DNA of 64,000 nt from Cyanobacteria bacterium auto_48_18 (GTDB taxonomy: Bacteria; Cyanobacteriota; Vampirovibrionia; Obscuribacterales; Obscuribacteraceae): the NCBI GenBank assembly GCA_036170915.1, contig JAVHQC010000011.1, positions 121,215-185,214 of the forward strand, in the 5' to 3' direction. Position numbers and translations under genes: made by a program. This document shows, one piece after another, positions 1 to 10,450 of this stretch. Below the pieces are notes generated by a model. That model was given only the letters and a program-made list of their open reading frames with translations, did no database searches and was not told the DNA's origin. How positions within the stretch are numbered: the first letter of the stretch is position 1; each line of letters begins with the position of its first letter.

Positions 1-1
1 T

Positions 2-1360
2 CTAGAGAAGGAACTGGCCCAAGCCAGTCGCTCAAGAGTCGATTTGCGTGACCCAATTAAAAATTACAACAAAGTCAAAACCGCAGAACTAATCGAAGTC
101 AATTCAGTTCTTCCCTGGCAAGTTTACCTCGACGAGCGTGGTCTCAAAGATATTCCGTATGCGGTGGTGGGCCAACCTGACTTTTTTGCTGCTCTTGATA
201 AAACGCTTAAGTCTCATCCATTAGATCAATGGAAGACATATTTGCGCTGGCATTTATTGCATGAGGCGGCACCATATTTACATGATGCAGTAGAAACTGA
301 GAACTTTAATTTCTTTGGCAAAACCCTAAGTGGCCAGGAAGTGCAAGAACCGCGCTGGAAGCGTGTTGCCAAAGTCATCGATCGTTCAGTTGGCGAGGCC
401 TTAGGCCAGCTTTATGTAGAAAAATATTTCACTGCTGCTGCCCGCAAAACCATGGCCGAATTGGTCACTAACTTGCGCGAAGTATTTACCGACCATTTGC
501 AAAAGCTAGATTGGATGAGCGATGTTACGCGCAAAAAAGCCATGGCCAAATTTGAAAAATTTGTGCAGAAAATTGGTCACCCTGATAAGTTTCGCGACTA
601 CTCCAAAATCACCATTGAAGCTGACGACTATCTGGGAAATGCCCAGAGAGCAGATGCTTTTGAGGTAGCCAGGCAAGTTGCTCGCATTGGCAAACCGGTA
701 GACAAAAGCGAATGGGGTATGACTCCACCCACGGTGAATGCATATTTCAATCCGACCATGAATGAAATTGTATTTCCAGCCGGCATTTTGCAGCCGCCAT
801 TTTTCGATGTTGATATGGATGATGCCGTAAATTATGGTGGCATTGGTGCCGTCATTGGTCATGAAATTACGCATGGTTATGATGATGAGGGCAGGCATTA
901 TGATGCTGACGGTAATTTGAATGAGTGGTGGACTGAAGCCGATACGAAAGAATTTGATAGCCGTGCTCAGAAAGTTGTAGACGAATACAACTCATTTGAA
1001 GCCTTGCCTGGTTTGCATGTGAATGGCAAGCTGACTTTAGGCGAAAATATCGCCGACCTGGGTGGTGTCAGTATTGGCTACGACGCTCTGCAAAGAGCAA
1101 TGAAGAAAGACCCGTCTAAACGCAAGAATATTGATGGCTTTACGCCTGAGCAGCGTTTCTTTCTTTCTTTTGCACAACTCTGGCGCATGAATATTCGCGA
1201 AGCTGAGCAGCGTCGCTTAATCACTGTAGATCCTCACTCACCAGGCAAATTCCGCTCGGTGGGGCCGCTCATGAACTTCCAAGAATTTTATGACGCTTTT
1301 GATATTAAGTCGGGTGCCAAAATGTGGCGTGAACCTGAGAAGCGCGCCAAAATCTGGTAG
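2..1360 (+). CDS. M13-family (neprilysin/PepO-like) zinc metalloendopeptidase, 5'-partial
   Basis: Motifs VNAYF, HEITH (HExxH), GENIAD, DPHSP. The frame is open from position 2 (LEKELAQASRSRVDLRDP), so the true start lies upstream of the window. Confidence 0.95.
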   Translation, partial: LEKELAQASRSRVDLRDPIKNYNKVKTAELIEVNSVLPWQVYLDERGLKDIPYAVVGQPDFFAALDKTLKSHPLDQWKTYLRWHLLHEAAPYLHDAVETENFNFFGKTLSGQEVQEPRWKRVAKVIDRSVGEALGQLYVEKYFTAAARKTMAELVTNLREVFTDHLQKLDWMSDVTRKKAMAKFEKFVQKIGHPDKFRDYSKITIEADDYLGNAQRADAFEVARQVARIGKPVDKSEWGMTPPTVNAYFNPTMNEIVFPAGILQPPFFDVDMDDAVNYGGIGAVIGHEITHGYDDEGRHYDADGNLNEWWTEADTKEFDSRAQKVVDEYNSFEALPGLHVNGKLTLGENIADLGGVSIGYDALQRAMKKDPSKRKNIDGFTPEQRFFLSFAQLWRMNIREAEQRRLITVDPHSPGKFRSVGPLMNFQEFYDAFDIKSGAKMWREPEKRAKIW

Positions 1361-1413
1361 GTCATTTGTCAACAGCAATTGAATATGGGTGCACAAAAAC
1401 AGGCTGCAACAAA

Positions 1414-1439
1414 ACAGGGTGACTGTTGAGCCACCCTGT
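1414..1439. terminator. Stem-loop between convergent genes
   Basis: ACAGGGTG-N10-CACCCTGT. Confidence 0.5.
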
Positions 1440-1497
1440 AAAGCATTTCTGGTAAGCGCCGCTTTCAGTGGAAACCACTGTTTTTTAGGCGTTTTGA

Positions 1498-1722
1498 CTA
1501 CGGTTTTTGCAGTTCAGGCTGCCAGTCATCAAGAATCGCACCTTCTACAGGGCAAGCTGATAAGCAAGCGCCGCAGTCGATACAGGTGCTGTCATCGATG
1601 TATGGATACTTAGTGCCTTTGGCGTTTGTCTTGCCGTCAGCCCAGTGAATGCATTCGACGGGACATACTGGGACGCAGTCGCCTACGCCTTCACAGATAT
1701 CACTTACGATGGTATAGGACAT
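1498..1722 (-). CDS. Dicluster ferredoxin, probably 7Fe type
   Basis: CxxVxxCxxxCP and CxxCxxCxxxCP motifs; GGAG RBS. Confidence 0.92.
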   Translation of the reverse strand: MSYTIVSDICEGVGDCVPVCPVECIHWADGKTNAKGTKYPYIDDSTCIDCGACLSACPVEGAILDDWQPELQKP

Positions 1723-2382
1723 TATTCGCTCTCCTTGTTGTGGCTATCAGAGATAAGTTTTCGCTGAAGCCTCATACTTTCTCTTCCCAATTATGACTCA
1801 TGCTAATACGACTGGTGCCCAAATGTAATTGGTAAAAAAAAGTTTGGACATATAATCGATTTCTCAGTTCTCAAATTTGATTTTCGCACAAATCGGAGCC
1901 AATACAAGCTCCTCGAAGACAGTGACATAGTTGATGTTGAGGCAACTTGAAATTGGATGGCCATTGTTATTGCTAGCCAGTGTCAAAATTGCTAAGACCG
2001 TCAAGAAGCATGGGAATGGTTCTCAATAAGGGTATGGTTTATTACTCTCGAAAGCTCAATCGTGATTATCCGCAAGTTCCGAATGGCAGTCTGTGCTGTA
2101 GTTTGCGGCGATTGCATTCGGTCTACCTTGCGATGACAATTGAATTGCATCGACGGCATCTGCGAATAGCTGCCAATAGTTTCAAATTTTTCAGTACTTT
2201 GTCATGCACATGATCTTTTAGCTAATAATCACTGTGCAATGAAGACCGCTGCTGTGTGGGCTTATGGGTGAATTTGTCAGAGTCACTTTTTTTGTGATCG
2301 CGAAAGTTTGCAAAAACTGTCAAAAAAATAAATGCAAATTGTGGTGGAGAAGCAGTCAAAATCTGCGTATTTGATCACAATT

Positions 2383-3903
2383 TTATTTTTGACTGACCTT
2401 AATATTCACTGCTTGCGTTGCAAACAAAGAACCAATGACAAGGGTGACAATGCTGCCCAGCATGATGCGCCACGGAAATGCTACTTGCGGCAGGCATGCC
2501 ACCACCAGAGCACCAGCAACCATGGCCAGGCAGTTGCCGTTGTCATTGCCGCGTTTGGTCAGCAAACCTAAGAGAAAGACTCCCAGAAGTGAGCCGTATG
2601 TATATCCAAAAATGGTTAGTACGATGGGAATGATTCGAGAGTCGGGATGCTCGATGACAAAATAGGCGGTGCCACCGGCCACAACGATCATCAAAAATGC
2701 AAAGACAAAAGTCAACTTGCGCGCTTCAGTTACGGTTTGCTGTTTCGAAAAATCTCTGGTCGCACTGGTTGCCAGTGCATTGAGAGCCGCACTGAGCGAG
2801 CCCATTGCAGTGGCAAAAATTCCAGCAACGAGCAAACCCCGAAGGCCAACCGGCATTTTTGTAAGAATAAAGTAGGCAAAAATCTCACTGTTCTTTTGCG
2901 GCAGGCCGGCGTCAGGTTGTTGCAGATAGAAGAGGTGAATCAAAATGCCGATGGTGAGAAAAATAAAGCCGATGGGTAAGTCGGCCAGGCCTGAAAGCAC
3001 CAGCGACAGTCTGCTCTTCTTATAATCAGAGGCGGTAAGCATGCGCTGCACCATGTCTTGATCGGTGCCGTGGGTGGCCAGAGTGGTGAAGGTCGACCCA
3101 ATGAGCGCCGCCCAGATTGTATATTCTGAGCCCAGTACTGCTTTTATATTTTGCCAGAGTGAGGCATTATCAGTGGTGCCACTGATAAAAATTGGCATGT
3201 CAGTGTGGCCGTAGAATTGCTGCACTGAGGCGAATCCCTCAGGCATAATGAACACGAGCACTGCTATGGCACCAAGGGCGCCACCGAGCATTACGGTTGC
3301 TTGAATGCAGTCTGTCCAGACCACTGCTTTGATGCCACCACTTGATGTATAAACGGCGGTAATTATGGTAATCACTACAATGGCTGCAAGATACACCGTT
3401 AGTTGCTCACCAGCGCTCAGTTGCGCGCCGCTTATGAGGGCAAAGCCCACGGCTAAAATTATGGCTGAAACATAAAGCCGTGCACCTGAAGCAAGCACAC
3501 GAGTAATGAGAAAAACAGCCGACGCCAACAGCCTGGTTTTTCTACCAAAGCGTACTTCGAGATATTCATATATAGAGAATACGTTGTGATCGAAAAAGGG
3601 CTTGATAAAGACGAAAGCAACGATGACGCGCCCAATAACAGTGCCGATTAAAATTTGCAAGTAAGTGTAATTGACAAGTTTAAAGCCCTCGCCGGGCGTG
3701 CCGAGAAATGTGGCAGCGCTGGTCTCTGCTGCAATAATCGAGGCCAGTACAGCAGGCCAGGGCATTGATCGCCCACCCAGGGAAAAATCAGAAAGATTGT
3801 CTTCTTTGCGGCCAAATTTGAGGCCGACAACAATAATCAGGACAAAATACAAGAATACGATGGCAAGGTCTAAAGCAAAAAATGCATCGAGCCTCATGGT
3901 CAC
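2383..3903 (-). CDS. Sodium:solute symporter (SSS) family transporter
   Basis: Multi-TM; SIYEYLEVRFG, GGIKAVVWTD, DQDMVQR motifs. Confidence 0.93.
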   Translation of the reverse strand: MTMRLDAFFALDLAIVFLYFVLIIVVGLKFGRKEDNLSDFSLGGRSMPWPAVLASIIAAETSAATFLGTPGEGFKLVNYTYLQILIGTVIGRVIVAFVFIKPFFDHNVFSIYEYLEVRFGRKTRLLASAVFLITRVLASGARLYVSAIILAVGFALISGAQLSAGEQLTVYLAAIVVITIITAVYTSSGGIKAVVWTDCIQATVMLGGALGAIAVLVFIMPEGFASVQQFYGHTDMPIFISGTTDNASLWQNIKAVLGSEYTIWAALIGSTFTTLATHGTDQDMVQRMLTASDYKKSRLSLVLSGLADLPIGFIFLTIGILIHLFYLQQPDAGLPQKNSEIFAYFILTKMPVGLRGLLVAGIFATAMGSLSAALNALATSATRDFSKQQTVTEARKLTFVFAFLMIVVAGGTAYFVIEHPDSRIIPIVLTIFGYTYGSLLGVFLLGLLTKRGNDNGNCLAMVAGALVVACLPQVAFPWRIMLGSIVTLVIGSLFATQAVNIKVSQK

Positions 3904-3909
3904 TTCTAC

Positions 3910-5622
3910 TTATTTGGCTTTGACAAACTCTTTAAATTGTTCAACCGGCAGGGTATTTAGAACATCGGCTTTTGTAATGCCGGCACGACGAGCTAAGTGT
4001 ATGCCAAATTTTAAATTTTGCAACTCAGATATGGCATGGGCGTCAGTGGAAATGACAAATTTCAGCCCACGCTCTTTGGCCAGCTTCGACCAGCGAGGCT
4101 CTAAGTCGAGGCGATGAGGGTCTCCATTGATTTCAATAGCCAGTCGTGCGTGAGCTATTGCATCGAGCAATTTTTCTACATCTACAGGAACGGGATCGCG
4201 CCTCAACACCAGTCGCCCTAGTGGGTGGCCCCAGACTTTGAAATGCTTGTCTTTCAAACCTCGCAAAAGTCGCTTTGTCATTTGCTCTTCGTTTTGCTTA
4301 TATCGAGAATGGATGCTGGCCACGATAATGTCAAATTTGTCTAAAATATGATCAGGATAATCAAGTTTCCCGTCGGCGAGGATATCGCATTCGGTGCCTT
4401 TGAGAATGCGAATTTTTACCAGATCTTGTACGCGATCAATTTCTTCCCACTGTTCCTTTAAGCGCTCTATGTCAAGCCCGCCGGCGTAGTGAGCGGTGGG
4501 CGAATGGTCGGTCAATGTGATGTATTTCATTCCCATTTTCTCAGCCGCCCGGGCCATTTGTTCAATAGAATGTCTGCCATCTGAAAAAGTACTGTGGCAG
4601 TGGGTCATGCCTTGAATGTGGCCAATTTCAATCAGGTCGGAGAATGCCCCGCTTTTAGCAAGGGCAATTTCGTCTTCACCTTCCCTTAGTTCGGGCGGAA
4701 TCAGAGGCAATTTTAAAGCGCGGTAAAAATCAGCTTCTGATTTAACTTCAATTGTCTGGCTGTTTTTTTTGAAAATACCGGCACCCAGTGTCAAATTTTG
4801 TTTTTCGGCAATTTTTTGCAATTGTTGATAATGCTCTTTTGAACCGGTGTGTTCAATCAGGCCCAGCGCCAGATTGTCTGTTAAGTGCATCTCAGCGGTA
4901 ACACCCAGCGACAGATTGACGCGCATATAGGCATCATCTTTTGCATCAACTTTAGTCACCTGAGGAAATTTTTTAAAGGCATCAAAAGCAGCTTTGTGAC
5001 TTGAATTGGTACTTTCAACCACCAGACAAATAGTATCTGTGGTTTCGTGCCATCTTCGCGCTTCTCCTGCCATAACAATGCGTTCAGATTTCAGTGCTGC
5101 TTTCATAAAACTGACTAGTTCTTCGGCTGCCGCCAGCACATCGACTAAGAGTGTTTGCTTGTCAGCGGTTTTGCTAGCATCAATAGCTTTTAAAAGTGCT
5201 TTTTCTGTACGCAAACCAAAGCCTTTAATTTCGCGCACCCTGCCTTCATGGCAAGCCTGTTCGAGTTGGTCTAAGGTTTTGATACCAAGCTCGTTATGCA
5301 AAATTTCGATGCGTTTTAAAGTGAGACCTTCTACTCGCGAAAGTTCGAGCACACCTTGTGGCAATTGTTCGCGCAAAGCTGACAACAGCTTGGTCTCGCC
5401 GGTATTGTAGAGTTCAATTATATAGGCTGCCAGTGAAGCGCCGATGCCGGGCAACTCTGTTAGCCTCTCTTCTTCAATTAAAAGCCTGATGTCTAGTTGC
5501 GCACTCTCTAAAGCTCGGGCACCAGATAAGTATGCACGCGCTTTGAATGCATTTTCACCTTTGAGACTCAGCAGCGTGCCGGTTTCTCTCAATGCATTGG
5601 CTATGGCAAATTTGTCGTGCAT
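3910..5622 (-). CDS. polX: Family X DNA polymerase-PHP fusion with a non-canonical polymerase site
   Basis: HhH motifs (LPGIG, IKGFG), IPPELREG, PHP motifs HCHS, TDHS, STDAH. Start moved to ATG 5622 (MHDKFAIA). Confidence 0.92.
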   Translation of the reverse strand: MHDKFAIANALRETGTLLSLKGENAFKARAYLSGARALESAQLDIRLLIEEERLTELPGIGASLAAYIIELYNTGETKLLSALREQLPQGVLELSRVEGLTLKRIEILHNELGIKTLDQLEQACHEGRVREIKGFGLRTEKALLKAIDASKTADKQTLLVDVLAAAEELVSFMKAALKSERIVMAGEARRWHETTDTICLVVESTNSSHKAAFDAFKKFPQVTKVDAKDDAYMRVNLSLGVTAEMHLTDNLALGLIEHTGSKEHYQQLQKIAEKQNLTLGAGIFKKNSQTIEVKSEADFYRALKLPLIPPELREGEDEIALAKSGAFSDLIEIGHIQGMTHCHSTFSDGRHSIEQMARAAEKMGMKYITLTDHSPTAHYAGGLDIERLKEQWEEIDRVQDLVKIRILKGTECDILADGKLDYPDHILDKFDIIVASIHSRYKQNEEQMTKRLLRGLKDKHFKVWGHPLGRLVLRRDPVPVDVEKLLDAIAHARLAIEINGDPHRLDLEPRWSKLAKERGLKFVISTDAHAISELQNLKFGIHLARRAGITKADVLNTLPVEQFKEFVKAK

Positions 5623-5739
5623 AGTTTCCACTGAAAGCCTACATATAGATATATCGTCAAAATATAAAGGCAAGACCGGCGATTGGTCCGGAAGTTCCTC
5701 AATTTTGCCCAAGGGCTCCATTTAGGGCATAATTTAGTG

Positions 5740-6366
5740 ATGACCGTAACCCAAATCGCTATTGCTCAACATGTGGCCACATTGCAGGGCTGTGATCTAT
5801 GCCCTTTGATGGTAGGGCCGGTGGTTACAGGCAGACCCGTGGTCAGCCAGGTCTATATGATCGGGCAGGCGCCAGGCCCTCATGAAGGGGCAGCGGCCAA
5901 GCCTTTTGCCTGGACCGCCGGAAAAACCCTCTTTCGCTGGTTTAGCACCATTGGTTTAAACGAAGAGCAGTTTCGCTCACTTGTATATATGGCGGCAGTC
6001 TGCCGCTGTTTTCCCGGCAAAGCTTTAAACGGCACTGATCGTGTGCCTAATGGGCAGGAAGTGGCTAATTGTTCGCGCTGGATGGCTGACGAAATGTCGA
6101 TTTTGAAACCATCGTTGGTTATACCCGTAGGAAAGCTCGCTATTGAACAGTGTCTTGGTAAAGGTCAGCTTATCGACTATATTGGCCGCCAGTTTGAAAA
6201 AGAACTTTTCGGTGTCCATTGTGATGTGATACCACTACCTCATCCGTCTGGTGCCTCTACCTGGTTTAAGAAGGAACCAGGTATCACTTTGCTCGCTCAA
6301 GGCCTCAGTCAAATTGCTGCCCATGTGGCCTGGCAAGAGCTTCTACGTGGAGCAGATAACTTGTGA
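5740..6366 (+). CDS. Uracil-DNA glycosylase superfamily protein (family 4/5-like, Cys-containing)
   Basis: CxxCP, IGQAPG, RCFPGK, LPHPSGAS. Start moved to ATG 5740. Confidence 0.88.
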   Translation: MTVTQIAIAQHVATLQGCDLCPLMVGPVVTGRPVVSQVYMIGQAPGPHEGAAAKPFAWTAGKTLFRWFSTIGLNEEQFRSLVYMAAVCRCFPGKALNGTDRVPNGQEVANCSRWMADEMSILKPSLVIPVGKLAIEQCLGKGQLIDYIGRQFEKELFGVHCDVIPLPHPSGASTWFKKEPGITLLAQGLSQIAAHVAWQELLRGADNL

Positions 6367-7325
6367 AATTTTTTGCCACCACACTTGTCGTTCTTTCATT
6401 GATTTTTTCGCCTGCATTTGCCGCAGAGAAAATGGTCAAGCGCACCATTGTTTTTCCGCAAGCTTTTTCTCTGGGACGACTTTATCAGTTTAAAGATCCG
6501 CAACCGGGTCATGTTACTCCCGCCCGGGTCGTAGTAGAAGGACGTGGTCAGGTAATTGGACCAGCTCGAGGCAAGGTGACATTTTTAGCTACACCTGGCA
6601 GTCTAATTTACTTATCAGCCTCTTATGAGCTCATGACCAAGCCTGAGGTGCTGCGCCAGTTAGAGCCAAATGGAATCGATGGTTTGACCTTCGGCAGCTC
6701 AGGCATTGTGGAAGAACTCGATAAAGTATATGCACCGATTTCGCATCTTACCGGCTTGCAAGTTATTGATTTGAATGCTTCCGAAGCTACTGATGAGCAG
6801 GTCAAGCTGTTTAAGCCTTTAGTCAATCTGGCTGTCGTATACCTCTCTATGTGTCGTCTCAGTGGCGATTGTTTTAAAGATTTGCCCATGCCAAAGATTC
6901 GCCGCCTGGAATTGAGCGGCAACAAGCTGAGTCCAAAAGCTTTTGTTTATATATCTCGTTATCGAACACTAGACACATTAGGCGTGGGCAATTGCCAGGT
7001 TACCGATGCCGCTCTCGTTGAGATAGCTAAGCTAAAGCAATTGGTGTCTCTGGCTGTACCACGGTCAAAAATTACGCCACGAGGTCTGGCCCTAATTGGC
7101 AAATTACCACGGCTGACAACATTGAATCTGGAAGGCACAAAGCTTTCTGCTCGTGACCTGCAATTAGCCTTAAAGGGTTTGCATCTACAATCGCTGATAT
7201 TGCCTTCAGCTAAGATTACGCCCCAAGAATTGAAAGCGTTGCAGGGAAGCTTTCCCGCCGCAAACTTGGTAGTTCCTCAACAAGTTGACCGCGAACATAT
7301 AGAGCTCTTTGCCCCTCTGCACTAG
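6363..7325 (+). CDS. Exported leucine-rich-repeat protein
   Basis: Signal peptide ending AFA; LxxLxLxx repeats; GTGA overlap with UDG. Confidence 0.85.
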   Translation: MKFFATTLVVLSLIFSPAFAAEKMVKRTIVFPQAFSLGRLYQFKDPQPGHVTPARVVVEGRGQVIGPARGKVTFLATPGSLIYLSASYELMTKPEVLRQLEPNGIDGLTFGSSGIVEELDKVYAPISHLTGLQVIDLNASEATDEQVKLFKPLVNLAVVYLSMCRLSGDCFKDLPMPKIRRLELSGNKLSPKAFVYISRYRTLDTLGVGNCQVTDAALVEIAKLKQLVSLAVPRSKITPRGLALIGKLPRLTTLNLEGTKLSARDLQLALKGLHLQSLILPSAKITPQELKALQGSFPAANLVVPQQVDREHIELFAPLH

Positions 7326-7334
7326 TTTTTGGTT

Positions 7335-7367
7335 TGTCCATTTCATGTCTACTTGGGCCTGCATAAT
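7335..7367 (+). promoter_or_regulatory. TGTCYA direct-repeat box plus -10 (OmpR-type site), copy 1
   Basis: TGTCCA-N5-TGTCTA-N10-CATAAT. Confidence 0.55.
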
Positions 7368-7424
7368 GCTTGCATCGGTTCCACAGACCGGCTTACCAAT
7401 CCCCAAGTTTAGAGGAAATCCACC

Positions 7425-7958
7425 ATGCCAAATCCAAATCCATTTAAGGGCCATGAATCTGGTGCCGAGAAAAGTGCTGAAAAAATTCAGGCCCAGCCGG
7501 TTGATGCCAAAGTACTCTCAACTAACGATGACATGAAAAATTGGTCTGATGTTGTGAAAAGTGGCAGTGCGTCAAAGTCTGGTCAACTGTGTTTGCCCGA
7601 TTTCAAAATTGAAAAAGACAGCAAAGAAGATTCTAAAAGTAAAGACGGCAAAAACAAAGACCCTAAAGAGAAAGATTCGAAAGACCAAGACGCCAAAGAT
7701 AAAGACAACGACAACGACAACAAAAAAGATAAAGATAAAGTCAACGACAAAGATAAAGACGGCAAGAGATTGATCGAAATAGGTAAAAATGGCGCAAGCG
7801 TAGGTGCCGGAGTTGTGCTCGAAAAGCTAGACACAGAGCCTAAAGTAGGCCGTGATGGCGGAGCAAAGCGCGGACAAAGTGGCTCCAGTGACCCAAAAGT
7901 AGATTTAAGTGTTCAGTTGGACAAACGCATTATCGGCGTGCCCACGCTTAGATACTAA
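7425..7958 (+). CDS. Hypothetical Asp/Lys-rich protein
   Basis: GAGG RBS; low-complexity DK tract; LPDFKI at aa 57-62. Confidence 0.75.
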   Translation: MPNPNPFKGHESGAEKSAEKIQAQPVDAKVLSTNDDMKNWSDVVKSGSASKSGQLCLPDFKIEKDSKEDSKSKDGKNKDPKEKDSKDQDAKDKDNDNDNKKDKDKVNDKDKDGKRLIEIGKNGASVGAGVVLEKLDTEPKVGRDGGAKRGQSGSSDPKVDLSVQLDKRIIGVPTLRY

Positions 7959-8009
7959 AATCGAATGCGATAAACAATTTTCTTGACCCCACAGGCGGAG
8001 CTCACAACC

Positions 8010-8462
8010 ATGCCAACATTCAATGATTTTCAATCGAGAGATACTGCAGTTGGTCGAAACCAAGACCAGCCGCAACGAGACGGAGGAGCACAAACGCAGT
8101 TTACCAACATGTCTTATGCCGAGCAGCAAGATAGTTGGCAGAAAATGCAGAAAAAAACTACAGCAGATTCATTACCAAATGTAGATGTAGTTTTCGAACC
8201 AAGCGAAAAGTTGAGAGATCCACATGCATTGCATCGTGATAGACGCGACACAATGCCCAACCAGCGCGAGCAACATGATCGCGATAGACGCGATACAGCT
8301 CCCAACCAGCGCGAGCAATTTGAGCGCAAATTGCCGCCAATCAATCCAAACAAGCTTGATAAACCTGACCAGCAGGAAAAAGATGATGACTGTAAAACCC
8401 AAACCAGCCCTCGTCGCAGAGACGGGCACAGGCATGCGCCGGTAAGGTTCGTTGGTGAATAA
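8010..8462 (+). CDS. Hypothetical hydrophilic protein with an internal duplication
   Basis: GGAG RBS before ATG 8010; RDRRDTxPNQREQ occurs twice. Confidence 0.7.
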   Translation: MPTFNDFQSRDTAVGRNQDQPQRDGGAQTQFTNMSYAEQQDSWQKMQKKTTADSLPNVDVVFEPSEKLRDPHALHRDRRDTMPNQREQHDRDRRDTAPNQREQFERKLPPINPNKLDKPDQQEKDDDCKTQTSPRRRDGHRHAPVRFVGE

Positions 8463-8514
8463 GAGGCAGATTTCGCACTGGTTAAAAGTTAGCGCTAAGT
8501 ATCGGTTTACGTAA

Positions 8515-10296
8515 TCAATCTGCCGTGGGCAAAGTGAGCCAGACAACTGCACCCCAGCCTGGCTCATTGCCGATTCCGATTTGGCCTTTGTGAGCAATGA
8601 CGATAGCCTTACAAATAGCCAGGCCTAGACCAGTACCAATTTTCTCAGTACTGACGCTGACGTTGCCCTGCTTGAATTTCTCGAAAATTATTTCTTGTTT
8701 TTCCGGTGGAATACCAGGGCCTTGATCCATAACCTTAATTAGCACCATATCTCTTTGCTTTTCTGCCACAACTTTGACAGTGCCTTTATCGGGCGAATAT
8801 TTGATAGCATTATCCAGTAGGTTTTGAAAAACATCTGTGAGCCTCTGACCGTCACAATTTAAAACAAGATCGCAATTTTCCATCTTGAACGATAATGCTT
8901 TTTCTTCAGCCTTACTTTGCAAAAGTGCGCTGGCGTTACGCAGTAGAGTCGGCAGTGGCACTTCAGCAATATTGAGTTCAACTACTCCTGATTCCATTTT
9001 GTCAATCTCTAAAAATGAGCTGATTAGCTTGACCAATCGTTCGATGGTGGCTTTACTCTGTGCAGCACGGTGCGCACCCCTTTCATTTAAAACGCCGTAA
9101 CTGTTTTTAGAAAACAAATCTAAAGTTAGTTGCAGTGACGCCAGCGGGGCTCTGAGATCATGAGTGGCCATGGCCGTAAGCTCGCGTTTTAGACGGTTGG
9201 TTTTGTTCATCTCTGTAACGTCATGCGCTACGCAAAAGTATGACTTTTCTTCCTTATCAAAGACCGCTGACCACATGATTTCGCGCAACTCACCATTTGA
9301 TGTTCTTATCGTCAACTGAAATGGTTTGCTACCTCCATCTTTTTCAGCGATGTCCTTGAATATGGTGCGAACATGCTGCGCGCTTTCCACGCAGATGGAT
9401 GCCAGCGGTTTATCTAAAAGGTCTTCTGGTGCGTATCCTAAAAGTCGCGTCACTGCTTTATTGACTGAGCTGAAACCGAAATATGTATCGATTGAACAAA
9501 TAATTTCTGACGCGTTATCGGTGACTGCTTTCTCACGCCTGCGCAAATCAGCCAGGCGGCCAGCCATTTCATGAAAAATGCCGTCTAATTGAGCAATTTC
9601 ATCGGTGCCTGCTAAAGGCGGTGCGATGGGTTTGTCGGCAGCCAGGTCCAGGGCATTTTTGCTAATCAACTTAAGACGATTGGCAATGCCTCGATTAAAG
9701 ATCACAACCATCAAGATAGAAATCAGAATACTAACAACCACGGCGCCGGTGGACAACCGTTGTAGAACCAATCTGATTCTCTGTTGTTCCGCTCTTTGCT
9801 CCTGGGCTTTCTGGTCTTGAATGGCAATTACTCGATCACCTTCTTCATTGCATTTGACCACTTTCGATTGCAGTCTCGCCAGACCCTGAATGAAGCTTAT
9901 CTGGTCGCCCTTGCGAGCACCTTCTTCCGCGCTTTCAATGCCGGCAATGACTGACTCCACTCTTTCGTTAAAGGGCTTCAAGGAGGCGTCATCAAGGTAG
10001 CCACGCGACATCCAGACTCGTCTGTCTTGTTTTAGCTTGGCCATGGTTTTGTGCAAATTTTCTATCTGGCTCATGTCTCGATTGGCCACTGCCAGACCAA
10101 GTGCCGTAGCGGCATCAGGAAACATTTTGGTTTGCAGGTTAACGAATTGCAAAACCCCTCTTGTTTGATCTTCCAACTGATAAGCCTTGTCAAGTTCGGC
10201 CATGCTCATGTTGGAGGCGATTAAAAAGAGAACCTCAAAAATTAAAGGAACAAGAACAAGGAGGAAGGCTTTGTGAGATAGATTGAGGCTGCGCAA
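8515..10296 (-). CDS. Sensor histidine kinase (2 TM, HAMP, PAS, HisKA, HATPase)
   Basis: THDLRAPL H-box, NLLDNAIKYS, DQGPGIP, GTGLGLAI. Confidence 0.95.
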   Translation of the reverse strand: MRSLNLSHKAFLLVLVPLIFEVLFLIASNMSMAELDKAYQLEDQTRGVLQFVNLQTKMFPDAATALGLAVANRDMSQIENLHKTMAKLKQDRRVWMSRGYLDDASLKPFNERVESVIAGIESAEEGARKGDQISFIQGLARLQSKVVKCNEEGDRVIAIQDQKAQEQRAEQQRIRLVLQRLSTGAVVVSILISILMVVIFNRGIANRLKLISKNALDLAADKPIAPPLAGTDEIAQLDGIFHEMAGRLADLRRREKAVTDNASEIICSIDTYFGFSSVNKAVTRLLGYAPEDLLDKPLASICVESAQHVRTIFKDIAEKDGGSKPFQLTIRTSNGELREIMWSAVFDKEEKSYFCVAHDVTEMNKTNRLKRELTAMATHDLRAPLASLQLTLDLFSKNSYGVLNERGAHRAAQSKATIERLVKLISSFLEIDKMESGVVELNIAEVPLPTLLRNASALLQSKAEEKALSFKMENCDLVLNCDGQRLTDVFQNLLDNAIKYSPDKGTVKVVAEKQRDMVLIKVMDQGPGIPPEKQEIIFEKFKQGNVSVSTEKIGTGLGLAICKAIVIAHKGQIGIGNEPGWGAVVWLTLPTAD

Positions 10297-10347
10297 TTCT
10301 TTTATTCAGGCTGCAAAAGTGATTGGCAAATTATACAGCCAGTTTAG

Positions 10348-10415
10348 TTTGTGATTAGGGTGGCTTTTTTTGATACGAGTACGCTTTTTGTGATAGGACT
10401 TCGCTTTTTGTGATA
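10348..10415. repeat. About 20-bp periodic direct repeats in the divergent HK/RR promoter
   Basis: CGCTTTTTGTGATA at 10382 and 10402; TGAT cores at 10352, 10371, 10391, 10411. Confidence 0.7.
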
Positions 10416-10450
10416 AATTGAATCGCCGTCCCAGTGTAGTAAATTGACTA

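Noticed and set aside
5623..5739. Head-to-head overlap of polX and UDG implied by the ORF track
   Set aside because: Family-like sequence begins at ATG 5622 and 5740, leaving a normal divergent intergenic region
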